Source of the DNA: Acidobacteriota bacterium
GTDB lineage: Bacteria > Acidobacteriota > Terriglobia > Terriglobales > Acidobacteriaceae
Assembly (NCBI GenBank): GCA_021785495.1
Contig: JAJYFB010000001.1
Location: 9,891 to 73,890 of the forward strand
Direction: 5' to 3'
DNA length: 64,000 nt
Shown here: positions 1 to 8,105 of the stretch, in pieces
Numbering within the stretch: the stretch's first letter is position 1
Layout of the letters: the number at the start of each line of letters is the position of its first letter
Notes under the pieces: generated by a model
The model's database searches: none
Seen by the model: only the letters and a program-made list of their open reading frames with translations
What the model was told of the DNA's origin: nothing
Made by a program: the position numbers and the translations under genes

Positions 1-1253
1 CTGGCCAGCACGCCAAAGGCAGGACCGGAGTTGAGCGGCGTTGTGAGGAGATTGCCGCGCCGGTACTCGAAGCGCGTCTCATTGACGAGGTGATCGGTGA
101 GAACCTGGGTGTCGTCCAGTTGCACCGTGTGTTCGATGGTGTCGGTGGAGGTGGACAGGCTGGGAAACGCCGTGGAACTGCCGAGTGCATTGGTGATCGC
201 ATTGCGGAAGTACTGGTAGCGCAGGGTGAGCGTATTTTTCGGGCCCAGTTGCAGATCGATGCGCGGCGAGATCTCCAGGTGATTGGCGGGACTGAAGAGG
301 CTGCCCGCAACAGGCGCCGCGCCCACCGACCATGTGTTGGCCGTGGGATCGTAGGTCGGGCCGCCAGGGATCGAGTAGACATTGTCGGTCTGCGTCTCGC
401 GGTCCTCAACGCTGAAGAAATAGGAGGCCCAGTGGTTCAGCGGACCGCTGACGGTGCCGTTGAACTGGTCGCTGTAATACGACGGCAGCTCGGCAGTGAA
501 AGGGTTCTTGGTGTTGAAGGTGTCGTCGTTGCCCTGGCCGAAGAAGCGCCCGTGGGGCGTGTCGGTGCCGGGTTTGGTGAGAATTTCGATGCGCCCGTAG
601 CCGATGCGGTCGAACTGGGCCGAAAAGGGGTTGCGGTTGATGCGAATCTCGCGAATGGCCGACTTGGGCGGCAACTGGCCGCCCGTGAAGCCGTCGATGT
701 AGATCTGGCCGCCGTTCGGCCCGGCCGAGGGACCGGCCAGGGCGGTGAGTTCGTTCGACAACTCGTCCGGATCGTCCGAAAGCGCGTCGAGATCGGAGCC
801 CTTCAGCACCATGACGTTGGCGTTGGCGCTGGCGTCGGTGCTCACCGAAAGGCCATTATCATCGTTGACGACCACCTGCTGCTGCGCGGCCTCGACGGCC
901 ATCTTCACGTCGACGCGCTTGCTCTGTCCCTCGGCCAGGGCGATGGGCGCGGAAACAAAGGGCGCAAAGCCAGGCGCGGTCACCTGCACAATGTAGCTGC
1001 CGGCGGCCAGCCCCCGCAGCACATAGGCCCCCGTGGCGTTGGCGGTCATCGCGCGTACGGGCGCTCCCTTGGCCGTCGTCACCGTCACTTGCGCGCCGGG
1101 AATCATGGCTCCGGTCGGGTCAAGCACGTGGCCGAGCAGAGCGCCTGCGGAAGCTGCGGCCGGCGCCGCAACCGGCGCGGCCTCGACGGCCGTTTGCGCG
1201 GCCGAAAACCTCCCGGCGGTCGCAAGACAAACCGCGGCAACACAAAAAAACAT
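1..1253 (-). CDS. TonB-dependent receptor, N-terminal part (carboxypeptidase-regulatory-like domain + plug); the gene continues past position 1
   Basis: My own minus-strand translation from ATG 1253-1251 gives MFFCVAAVCLATAGRFSAAQT (signal peptide). It continues 'GHVLDPTGAMIPGAQVTVT..TGAYVLRGLAAGSYIVQVTAPGF' and the plug-like 'IYIDGFTGGQLPPKSAIREIRINRNPFSAQFD'. It is missing from the ORF track because it is open at the window edge. Confidence 0.8.
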   Translation of the reverse strand, partial: MFFCVAAVCLATAGRFSAAQTAVEAAPVAAPAAASAGALLGHVLDPTGAMIPGAQVTVTTAKGAPVRAMTANATGAYVLRGLAAGSYIVQVTAPGFAPFVSAPIALAEGQSKRVDVKMAVEAAQQQVVVNDDNGLSVSTDASANANVMVLKGSDLDALSDDPDELSNELTALAGPSAGPNGGQIYIDGFTGGQLPPKSAIREIRINRNPFSAQFDRIGYGRIEILTKPGTDTPHGRFFGQGNDDTFNTKNPFTAELPSYYSDQFNGTVSGPLNHWASYFFSVEDRETQTDNVYSIPGGPTYDPTANTWSVGAAPVAGSLFSPANHLEISPRIDLQLGPKNTLTLRYQYFRNAITNALGSSTAFPSLSTSTDTIEHTVQLDDTQVLTDHLVNETRFEYRRGNLLTTPLNSGPAFGVLA

Positions 1254-1397
1254 CGAACAGTACGATTTTGTAAACACAGTTCCCTCGCTGACAGCGTTGT
1301 CGCTTGTTGCTTCGTCGCAAAATTCAGTGCAAACCAGGCAGAATGCCGCAGGCCTTTCGCGGACCGGCGATGATTCCAGTCCCCCGTCCCTCAATCT

Positions 1398-2552
1398 TCA
1401 CTGCGCAGACTCACTTTCGCCCGAGCTGAGGCTCCAGCTCGACAGCAGATTCTGCGCTTCGGGGGCGGCGAGCAGCGGCTCCACGCCCGCCAGCAGTTTG
1501 ACAGCGTTCAAGCCCTTGGCGTCTTCGGCCGCCACGATCATCACTGCATCGCCCTTCTTCAGATCGCCGAGTTGCAGCACGGGCGCGCGATCAAGGATGG
1601 CTTCAAAGCCCATGCGGCCATTGCCTGCGCCGCCCGGAGAAAATCCGCGCGGTCCGCTGCGGCCCGCCGCCGGGCCGATGCTTTCCGGCCCCGTGGCTGC
1701 GGTACGGCCTGCGGCATTTCCCTTGAGCAGCGCGGCCAGGCGCGTGGCAACGGCGGTGTCCAGCCGCCGCAGTTCGGCATCGGCGCCGACGCGCACGGTC
1801 AACGCTTTCTTCGTGGACAGATCCTTGACGGTCAGCGTGGAGGCGACAACATCGACGGCGGTAACGACGCCGGGAATGGAGCGGAAGCTGCCGGAAACGA
1901 TGGCGTTGGCGGCGAAGCTGCCGCCTGAGGCGTTCACCGCGCCGCGCGCCCACAGTTGATCGCCGGGGTGAATCGCGGCCAGCGGCGCCGGCTGCGCCTG
2001 GCTGAAGCGCACCGAGCCGGGCGCATAGCGCTTGAGCACGGTCGCGGCCGTAGTTTGCACCGTAACTTCTTTGGCGGCGAGGCCCACGCGCTCGGTGACG
2101 ACGATCGCGCCGGTCGCCGTGTCCACGCTCTTGACCAGTCCATGCACGCCCCGGCTCCAGGCCGCCTCTTCGGCCGCCTGCATCTGGGCGAGATCGGCTT
2201 TTTGGATGGCGATCATCCGCGCCACTTCAGGCACTGCGCCGGAGTGGGCGGGCGCAAGCGCGACCAGCACACGGTCGCCCACGGTCAGACCACCAAAATC
2301 GAGCGGCTCGGCCTTGCTCAGGTCCCGTTCGCCCGGCGCGATGCGCTGGAGCACGGCCGTCGCGGGCACCGTGACGCGCTCGACCGCGCCCGCATCGGTG
2401 CGGACTGTCAGCGTCGTCCCGTCAATGGCGGTGATGCTGCCGACGAACCGCGCCGCCTGCGCCCATGCACCCGCCGCAGCCAGCAGAAATACCGCCAGGA
2501 CAGCCATGCCCCGTGCACACGCTCGTTGAATACTGCCGACTCGTTGCATCAT
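1398..2552 (-). CDS. Secreted repeat protein (repeated 'G.ITA.DG.TLTV'-type beta domains, DUF5666-like)
   Basis: ORF 1398..2564 begins with GTG. I prefer ATG at 2552, preceded by GTGGAG. Signal peptide is 'MAVLAVFLLAAAGAWAQA'. Motifs recur: 'GSITAIDGTTLTVRTD', 'VKSVDTATGAIVVTER', 'GVVTAVDVVASTLTVKD'. Confidence 0.6.
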   Translation of the reverse strand: MMQRVGSIQRACARGMAVLAVFLLAAAGAWAQAARFVGSITAIDGTTLTVRTDAGAVERVTVPATAVLQRIAPGERDLSKAEPLDFGGLTVGDRVLVALAPAHSGAVPEVARMIAIQKADLAQMQAAEEAAWSRGVHGLVKSVDTATGAIVVTERVGLAAKEVTVQTTAATVLKRYAPGSVRFSQAQPAPLAAIHPGDQLWARGAVNASGGSFAANAIVSGSFRSIPGVVTAVDVVASTLTVKDLSTKKALTVRVGADAELRRLDTAVATRLAALLKGNAAGRTAATGPESIGPAAGRSGPRGFSPGGAGNGRMGFEAILDRAPVLQLGDLKKGDAVMIVAAEDAKGLNAVKLLAGVEPLLAAPEAQNLLSSWSLSSGESESAQ

Positions 2553-2750
2553 GTCACGCTCCACATCTCATCGAGCGGCACCCTCGAAATCGTTTTCCGC
2601 TCGTATTTTCTAGACGAGCGAAGACGGCAAAAGGTTGAACCTCGATCCCATTCTCCGAAGAAAGTTCCGATCTTTGCGAGAAAGTGTAAAGAGGGCCGAT
2701 TTTGCTGGGTTTTGTGAGGCAGGGGGGGGCTGTTTGGGCGATTCTCCGGG

Positions 2751-2888
2751 CTAGAGTCGAGACAACTTCTGTTCGAACATCTGGTCGTCGGTGTGCAGGT
2801 TGACGATCTTGCCGCCGAGATGCGTCTCGTAATACGCGAGAGCTTCCCGGCAGGCGCCGGGAAAATGCACGGAGGCGTTCCGATTCAT
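2751..2888 (-). pseudogene. Truncated VOC/PhnB-like (glyoxalase-fold) N-terminal fragment
   Basis: 'MNRNASVHFPGACREALAYYETHLGGKIVNLH' resembles the N-terminus of ~140-aa PhnB/VOC proteins. The frame stops after 45 codons. I found no continuation in other frames downstream. Confidence 0.3.
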
Positions 2889-3015
2889 CGCTGCAACCAC
2901 CGTTCGGGGAATGATTTTGTCTTCGCTTGCACAGTTTGCCCCGATGGGGAAAAGCCGGGCGAAAGTCCATGGCGCATGGGAGAAGCACACGCCATGAACC
3001 AACGGAGAGAATGGA

Positions 3016-4287
3016 TCAGCCGGCCTTTTCGAGCAGGCAGAGCGAGAGGTCGCGACGCTCGACCATGTCCTTGGTGATTTCGATGTCGCGGATGCGCTTG
3101 CTCGACGGCAGGTTGTACATCAGGTCGAGCATCAGCTCTTCGAGGATCATGCGCAGGCCGCGCGCGCCCACCTTGCGCGTCAACGCTTCGCGGGCAATGG
3201 CCGCCGTGGCGTCCGGCGTAAAGTGCAGGCGGGTATTTTCGTACTCGAAAAGACGCTGGTACTGCTTGAGGATGGCGTTGCGCGGCTTGGTGAGAATCTC
3301 CATCAGCGCAACCTCGTCCAGCTCTTCGAGCACGCCCATCACGGGCAGACGGCCGACAAACTCCGGAATCAATCCAAACTTGATCAGGTCCTGCGGCTCG
3401 GTCTTGCGCAGCAGCTCAGTATCGCGGTGCGAGCGGGTGGTCGCCTGATCGGCGTCGGCATCCACCGAGCGGAAGCCGAGGGCTTTTTTGCCGATGCGGC
3501 GGCCGACGACGCGCTCCAGGCCCACAAAGGCTCCGCCGCAGATGAAGAGAATGTTCGTGGTGTCGACGGCCGTGAACTCCTGGTGGGGATGCTTGCGCCC
3601 ACCCTGCGGCGGCACGTTGGCCACGGTGCCTTCGAGAATCTTGAGCAGCGCCTGCTGCACGCCTTCGCCGGAAACGTCGCGCGTGATCGAGGGATTCTCG
3701 TCCTTGCGGCCGATCTTGTCGATCTCGTCGATGTAAATGATGCCCTGCTGGGTGCGCGTCACATCGCCCTCGGCGGCCTGCAGCAGCTTGAGGATGATGT
3801 TCTCGACATCCTCGCCCACATAGCCGGCCTCGGTGAGCGTGGTCGCGTCCACAATGGCGAAGGGCACGTCGAGCATCTTGGCCAGCGTGTGCGCCAGCAG
3901 CGTCTTGCCCGAACCGGTGGGGCCGATCAGCAGAATGTTCGACTTGGCCAGTTCCACGTCGCTCGAACGCGCGCGATTCATCTGGATGCGCTTGTAGTGG
4001 TTGTAGACGGCGACGGCCAGCTTTTTCTTGGTCTGCTCCTGGCCGATCACGTAGTCGTCGAGGAAGCTCTTGACCTCGGTGGGCTTGGGCAGATGACCGG
4101 CCACCGTAGCCGGCGCTTCGCCGCTGCGATCGTCCTCCAGGATGGAGTTGCAAACGGCTACGCACTCGTCGCAGATGTAGGCACGGGGATAGTCGCTCGG
4201 TGAGGAGATCAATTTCGCCACGGCGTCCTGCGACTTGTGGCAGAACGAACAGCGCAGCGATTCTTCTGGTCCCAATCTCGTTTTCAT
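3016..4287 (-). CDS. clpX: ATP-dependent Clp protease ATP-binding subunit ClpX
   Basis: Zinc finger '[25 protein letters not shown]' and Walker A '[46 protein letters not shown]'. I chose ATG at 4287 (MKTRLGPEE), preceded by GGGGGAG. Confidence 0.95.
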   Translation of the reverse strand: MKTRLGPEESLRCSFCHKSQDAVAKLISSPSDYPRAYICDECVAVCNSILEDDRSGEAPATVAGHLPKPTEVKSFLDDYVIGQEQTKKKLAVAVYNHYKRIQMNRARSSDVELAKSNILLIGPTGSGKTLLAHTLAKMLDVPFAIVDATTLTEAGYVGEDVENIILKLLQAAEGDVTRTQQGIIYIDEIDKIGRKDENPSITRDVSGEGVQQALLKILEGTVANVPPQGGRKHPHQEFTAVDTTNILFICGGAFVGLERVVGRRIGKKALGFRSVDADADQATTRSHRDTELLRKTEPQDLIKFGLIPEFVGRLPVMGVLEELDEVALMEILTKPRNAILKQYQRLFEYENTRLHFTPDATAAIAREALTRKVGARGLRMILEELMLDLMYNLPSSKRIRDIEITKDMVERRDLSLCLLEKAG

Positions 4288-4429
4288 TGCCTCAACTCCC
4301 CCCTCAGCCGTTCCTTGACAAGTGTAGTCGCTATCTCTTGCTGCGCTCAGCGCGCTGCCAGTCAGTGATCTTGCCGGCACACCGTCGAGTTGCAGCGCTG
4401 ACGCTTAGCCGAATCGCTTCTCCGCCCCT

Positions 4430-4765
4430 TCACGCGACGTTTTGAAGTTTGGCTTCGATCTTGGCGATACGCTCGGCAAGCGCCTGATAAAACTCCATTC
4501 GACTCAACGTCAACATCATCTCGGCGTGGTTACGTTCCATTTTGGCTTCCAATCGGCTCTCCGCTTTGTCCAGCCGGGCCCCAAGTTCTCCCCGTAAATC
4601 GTCCATCTTGTCGCCAAGATGCTCGATCTTCGCGCCGAGTTTCTCGGTTTTGCCATCCAGCAGCTTCAATCGTTCTTCTACAGCTACGATTCGCGTTTCG
4701 AGCGAACGAATCTCTGGAGTCACGAAGTCCTGAAGCAGCTGCCGTCCTTCTTCGATAAACCCCAT
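4430..4765 (-). CDS. Small coiled-coil protein of unknown function, located between clpP and clpX
   Basis: ATG at 4765 follows GGGAG. The protein is heptad-rich: 'IRSLETRIVAVEERLKLLDGKTEKLGAKIEHLGDKMDDLRGELGARLDKAESRLEAKMER'. Its C-terminal 'EFYQALAERIAKIEAKL' resembles the end of the 7706..7996 product. Confidence 0.6.
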   Translation of the reverse strand: MGFIEEGRQLLQDFVTPEIRSLETRIVAVEERLKLLDGKTEKLGAKIEHLGDKMDDLRGELGARLDKAESRLEAKMERNHAEMMLTLSRMEFYQALAERIAKIEAKLQNVA

Positions 4766-4792
4766 GTTTTGCTCCCGCAACCTTCCGAACGG

Positions 4793-5383
4793 CTAAGCGC
4801 GTGGCCGGTCGATGATCTCGTCGACGATGCCGTATTCCTTGGCCTGCTGCGCGTTCATGATGAAGTCCCGCTCGACGTCGCGCTCGATGCGGTCGAGGGG
4901 TTGGCCGGTGTGACGGGCCATCAGGTTGTTGGTGATCTCGCGGATGCGCAGAATCTCGCGGGCGTGGATGTCGATGTCCGTGGCCTGACCGCTCAGGCCG
5001 CCCATCGAGGGCTGATGAATCAGAATGCGCGAGTTGGGCAGCGCGAACCGCTTGCCCTTGGTTCCGGCCAGCAGCAGGAACGCGCCCATGCTCGCGGCCT
5101 GGCCGATGCAGTAGGTGACCACGTTGTTCTTGATGAACTGCATGGTGTCATAAATGGCCAGCCCGGCCGTGATCGATCCGCCCGGCGAGTTGATATACAG
5201 TGAAATGTCTTTTTCCGGATCCTCGCCCTGCAGGAAAAGCATCTGCGCAACGATGAGATTGGCCACCTGATCGTCGATGGGCGTGCCGAGAAAGATGATG
5301 TTGTCGCGCAGCAGACGGGAGTAAATGTCGTAGGCGCGCTCGCCCCGGCCCGTCTGCTCAACCACCATGGGAATCAATGCCAT
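4793..5383 (-). CDS. clpP: ATP-dependent Clp protease proteolytic subunit ClpP
   Basis: '[68 protein letters not shown]'. ATG at 5383 ([10 protein letters not shown]) is preceded by GAGGAG. Confidence 0.95.
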   Translation of the reverse strand: MALIPMVVEQTGRGERAYDIYSRLLRDNIIFLGTPIDDQVANLIVAQMLFLQGEDPEKDISLYINSPGGSITAGLAIYDTMQFIKNNVVTYCIGQAASMGAFLLLAGTKGKRFALPNSRILIHQPSMGGLSGQATDIDIHAREILRIREITNNLMARHTGQPLDRIERDVERDFIMNAQQAKEYGIVDEIIDRPRA

Positions 5384-5514
5384 GAATCGATCACTCCTCA
5401 CTGCCAGCTTCGGGGCGGCCGGGGCTTTCATCCGCCCTTGCGCCGAAAGGCTTCCTTTCGGCCATGCTCACGCCAGGTACTGCGGCCGGGGCCCGGTCTT
5501 CGTTGATTCTAAGT

Positions 5515-5548
5515 CCGGAACCGCACGCTTGCCGCTGTGCGGTTCCGG
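5515..5548 (-). promoter_or_regulatory. Perfect 12-bp stem-loop in the tig-clpP intergenic region
   Basis: CCGGAACCGCAC (5515-5526) pairs with GTGCGGTTCCGG (5537-5548) across a 10-nt loop. No clear U-run follows on the minus strand. It may be an attenuator or processing hairpin rather than a canonical terminator. Confidence 0.35.
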
Positions 5549-5664
5549 GTCGTCCTGTGCAAATCAAGCGTTTCCGCAACCTCGAAGTGCGCTTCCAGCT
5601 TAAAAAAACTCAACCGTGAGCGCGCCGCTCTGTTTCCGCCTTGGCTGCCGGAACGGCTGGCCGC

Positions 5665-7041
5665 TTACGCAGGCAGCCGCTCGTAGAGCGCCGATGCCGT
5701 TTTTTCGCGCCGGACCTGGGCGGCCATCCGCACCAGGCCGCCCTCTTTGGCCAGCCGGTCCTTCAGGGCATCGATCGGCTCGCGGGATTGCAGCGCGGCC
5801 ATTTGCAGTTCGCGGTCCATCTCTTCCTGGCTGACGGCGATCTTTTCCTCGTCGGCGATGCGGTCGAGGAGGATGGTCGTTTTCACCTCGGCCAGCGCGC
5901 TGTCGCGCTGAGCGGCGCGCAGGCGCGGAAAGTCGAGCTGGCGCATCATCTCGGCCGACATGCCCTGCGCGGCCAGGGCCCGCAGTCCGCGTTCCAGGCG
6001 GATGTCGATCATGTCCTGAACGAGCGATTCGGGCACCGGGAAGGTGAACTTCTCGTTGAGCGCGGCAAAGAGCCGGTCCTTGGTTTCCGCTTCGACGCTG
6101 CGCCGCTTGCGCGCGGCGAGCAACTCGCGCACGCCCGTTTCGAGGCCGGCGTAGCTCTCGTACTGGCCCGTCTCCTTGGCGAAGTCGTCGTTCAACTCGG
6201 GCAGAACGCGCTTCTTGATGGCCTTGACGGTGACCTCGTAGGCTACCTTCTTGCCAGCCAGCTTGGGCTCGGCGTAGTTCTCCGGGTAGACGACTTCGAG
6301 CTTCAGTTCCTGGCCGGGTTTGGCGCCGCGCAGAGCCTCGGTGAAGGGCTCCAGCGTATCCTTGCCGCCGACTTCGACCAGCGTCTCTTCGCCGCGCACC
6401 GGCTCCTCGGCAGCGGCTTCGGCGTTCTCCTGCTGGATCTCGCCCTTGTAGCCGATCTGCGCCAGATCGCCATCGGCCAGGGCGCGGTCTTCCTCGACCG
6501 GCTCGATGGTGGCCTGCGCCTGGCGCAGGCGTTCGAGTTCCTGCTGAAACTCTTCTTCGGTGACTTCAGCCGCCGGCCTGGGCACGGTCACATCCTTGTA
6601 GCCCTCGATCGAAAACGGAGGCACAAACTCGAAGATCGCCTTGACGTGGAGCGGCGCGCCGTCTTCGACCGTCAGTTCGGTCACCTGCGGCTGGCCAACG
6701 GGCTGGATGCCCAGTTCGGCGACGCCCTTGTTGAAGCGTTCGGGCAGCAGGGTGTCGATGACTTCCTTGCGAATCTCGGCGCTGAAACGGCGGCGAATGA
6801 CCGATTCGGGAACCTTGCCGGGGCGAAAACCGGGAATTTTGGCGTATTTGCGATAGTTCGCCGCCACTTTCGTCCAGACGCGCGCCACTTCCTCGGCGGG
6901 AACGTCGATGACGAGTTCGCGCGAGCACTCGGGGTTCAGGATCGGTCCGTGGGCGTGGGGCTCAGCGGCGTGATCGTGGTCGTGGTGGTGCTCAAGCTCG
7001 GCCGCATCGGAGTTGTTTTCGAGGGTGCTGCTGGCAGTCAA
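5665..7041 (-). CDS. tig: Trigger factor (peptidyl-prolyl isomerase, ribosome-associated chaperone)
   Basis: 'ELVIDVPAEEVARVWTKVAANYRKYAKIPGFRPGKVPESVIRRRF'. The track start at 7134 is TTG. I prefer TTG at 7041, preceded by GGAAGGA. No in-frame ATG lies upstream of the conserved core, so the start is uncertain. Confidence 0.9.
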   Translation of the reverse strand: MTASSTLENNSDAAELEHHHDHDHAAEPHAHGPILNPECSRELVIDVPAEEVARVWTKVAANYRKYAKIPGFRPGKVPESVIRRRFSAEIRKEVIDTLLPERFNKGVAELGIQPVGQPQVTELTVEDGAPLHVKAIFEFVPPFSIEGYKDVTVPRPAAEVTEEEFQQELERLRQAQATIEPVEEDRALADGDLAQIGYKGEIQQENAEAAAEEPVRGEETLVEVGGKDTLEPFTEALRGAKPGQELKLEVVYPENYAEPKLAGKKVAYEVTVKAIKKRVLPELNDDFAKETGQYESYAGLETGVRELLAARKRRSVEAETKDRLFAALNEKFTFPVPESLVQDMIDIRLERGLRALAAQGMSAEMMRQLDFPRLRAAQRDSALAEVKTTILLDRIADEEKIAVSQEEMDRELQMAALQSREPIDALKDRLAKEGGLVRMAAQVRREKTASALYERLPA

Positions 7042-7211
7042 GATGATCCTTCCAGGCGTATGCGCCTTGTGCTCCACGGGCCACGGATGCCGCAAGGGCA
7101 ATGGAACGTCGCGTGACCGTGGGAAATCCTCCAATTATGGTACGGGGCTTTGCGGAAGGGGTCAAACGGTGGAAGGTTCCCGGCGCGACAAAGGGCATCG
7201 CCAAAGGCACG

Positions 7212-7469
7212 TTACCGTTCCGCGGATTCCGGCTTACGAACGTAAGGCAGAAAACGGGCGTGCGCGGCGCCGAACTGGGAATAGTTGATGCGGGCCTGAA
7301 ACAGGCTCAACTGCCCGTTCACGGTCAGACGAACCTCGGCGGCGTCGTTGTCCTCCTGGCCGTCGTCCTCCCACCAGCAGACCGGGCACAACTCAAGGGC
7401 TCCAGGGGTTTCGAGGGTTCGATACCCGCAGCAGGGACAGCGAAAACGGGCTTCCGTCGCAACGCTCAC
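7212..7469 (-). CDS. CPCC-family cysteine-rich small protein
   Basis: 'RCPCCGYRTLETPGALELCPVCWWEDDGQEDNDAAEVRLTVNGQLSLFQARINY' matches the CPCC-domain pattern. The start is uncertain: GTG at 7469, or TTG at 7550 in the track. Confidence 0.6.
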   Translation of the reverse strand: MSVATEARFRCPCCGYRTLETPGALELCPVCWWEDDGQEDNDAAEVRLTVNGQLSLFQARINYSQFGAAHARFLPYVRKPESAER

Positions 7470-7705
7470 ACGAAATAGGACGGCGAAGGAAGGACCGGAG
7501 TTTACACGCTGTGGCGGCAAAACGATGCGCGCAAGCCGGGGCTTGACCAATTTTGGGGCCAGCGCGAGCGGCTTCCCGATTGGGATCGCCGCAACTTGCC
7601 GGTTCGGCCATCCGCCGCGGAACGGTTCCGGTTTTCCCGCCCTGTTCCGACTGCCGGCCGCTCAATTTGATTGCAATCGCCGTGCCCCTGGAGTACCTTC
7701 GTAGC

Positions 7706-7996
7706 ATGAACGACGTGCAATTGTTCATCGCGGCAGGATTGCCCACCCTTACGGTGCTCATCGGCATCCTGCTGAACATGCGCTCGATTGCCGATTTGGA
7801 CAAGCGCATCGACAGCCTGGACAAGCGCATCGACGGACTGGACAAGCGCATCGACAGCCTGGAGCAGCGCATGGAAGCGCGCTTTGACCGTCTTGAGGCG
7901 CGCGTGGATCGCATTGAGGCGGATATGCGCGAGTTCTATCGCGTGATGGGCATTCACGAAGCCCGACTCGACAACATCGAGAAGCGCATCGCCTGA
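7706..7996 (+). CDS. Single-pass membrane coiled-coil protein, unknown function
   Basis: ATG at 7706 gives 'MNDVQLFIAAGLPTLTVLIGILLNM' (TM helix). It is followed by 'LDKRIDSLDKRIDGLDKRIDSLEQRMEARFDRLEARVDRIEADMREFY..RLDNIEKRIA'. Confidence 0.6.
   Translation: MNDVQLFIAAGLPTLTVLIGILLNMRSIADLDKRIDSLDKRIDGLDKRIDSLEQRMEARFDRLEARVDRIEADMREFYRVMGIHEARLDNIEKRIA
7799..7861 (+). repeat. 21-bp tandem repeat x3 inside the coiled-coil CDS
   Basis: gacaagcgcatcgacagcctg / gacaagcgcatcgacggactg / gacaagcgcatcgacagcctg. The repeat encodes (DKRID[SG]L)x3. Confidence 0.85.
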
Positions 7997-8050
7997 CGGA
8001 GCGATCCATCGCAGGCACCGCATCGAGAAGCAACAACAAAAAGCAACAAC

Positions 8051-8078
8051 AAAGGGCAGCCTGATTGGGCTGCCCTTT
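8051..8078. terminator. Bidirectional intrinsic terminator between convergent genes
   Basis: AAAGGGCAGCC-tgattg-GGCTGCCCTTT. T-rich tracts follow on both strands (TTTGCTT on plus, TTTGTTGTTG on minus). Confidence 0.6.
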
Positions 8079-8105
8079 GCTTCGTGCGCCGTGCTCCGGT
8101 TGGGA

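Noticed and set aside
90-1959. Long plus-strand ORFs (90..1373, 427 aa; 1033..1959, 308 aa).
   Set aside because: They are Arg/Gly/Ala-rich low-complexity translations antisense to the well-supported TonB receptor and secreted repeat protein. These are typical high-GC shadow ORFs.
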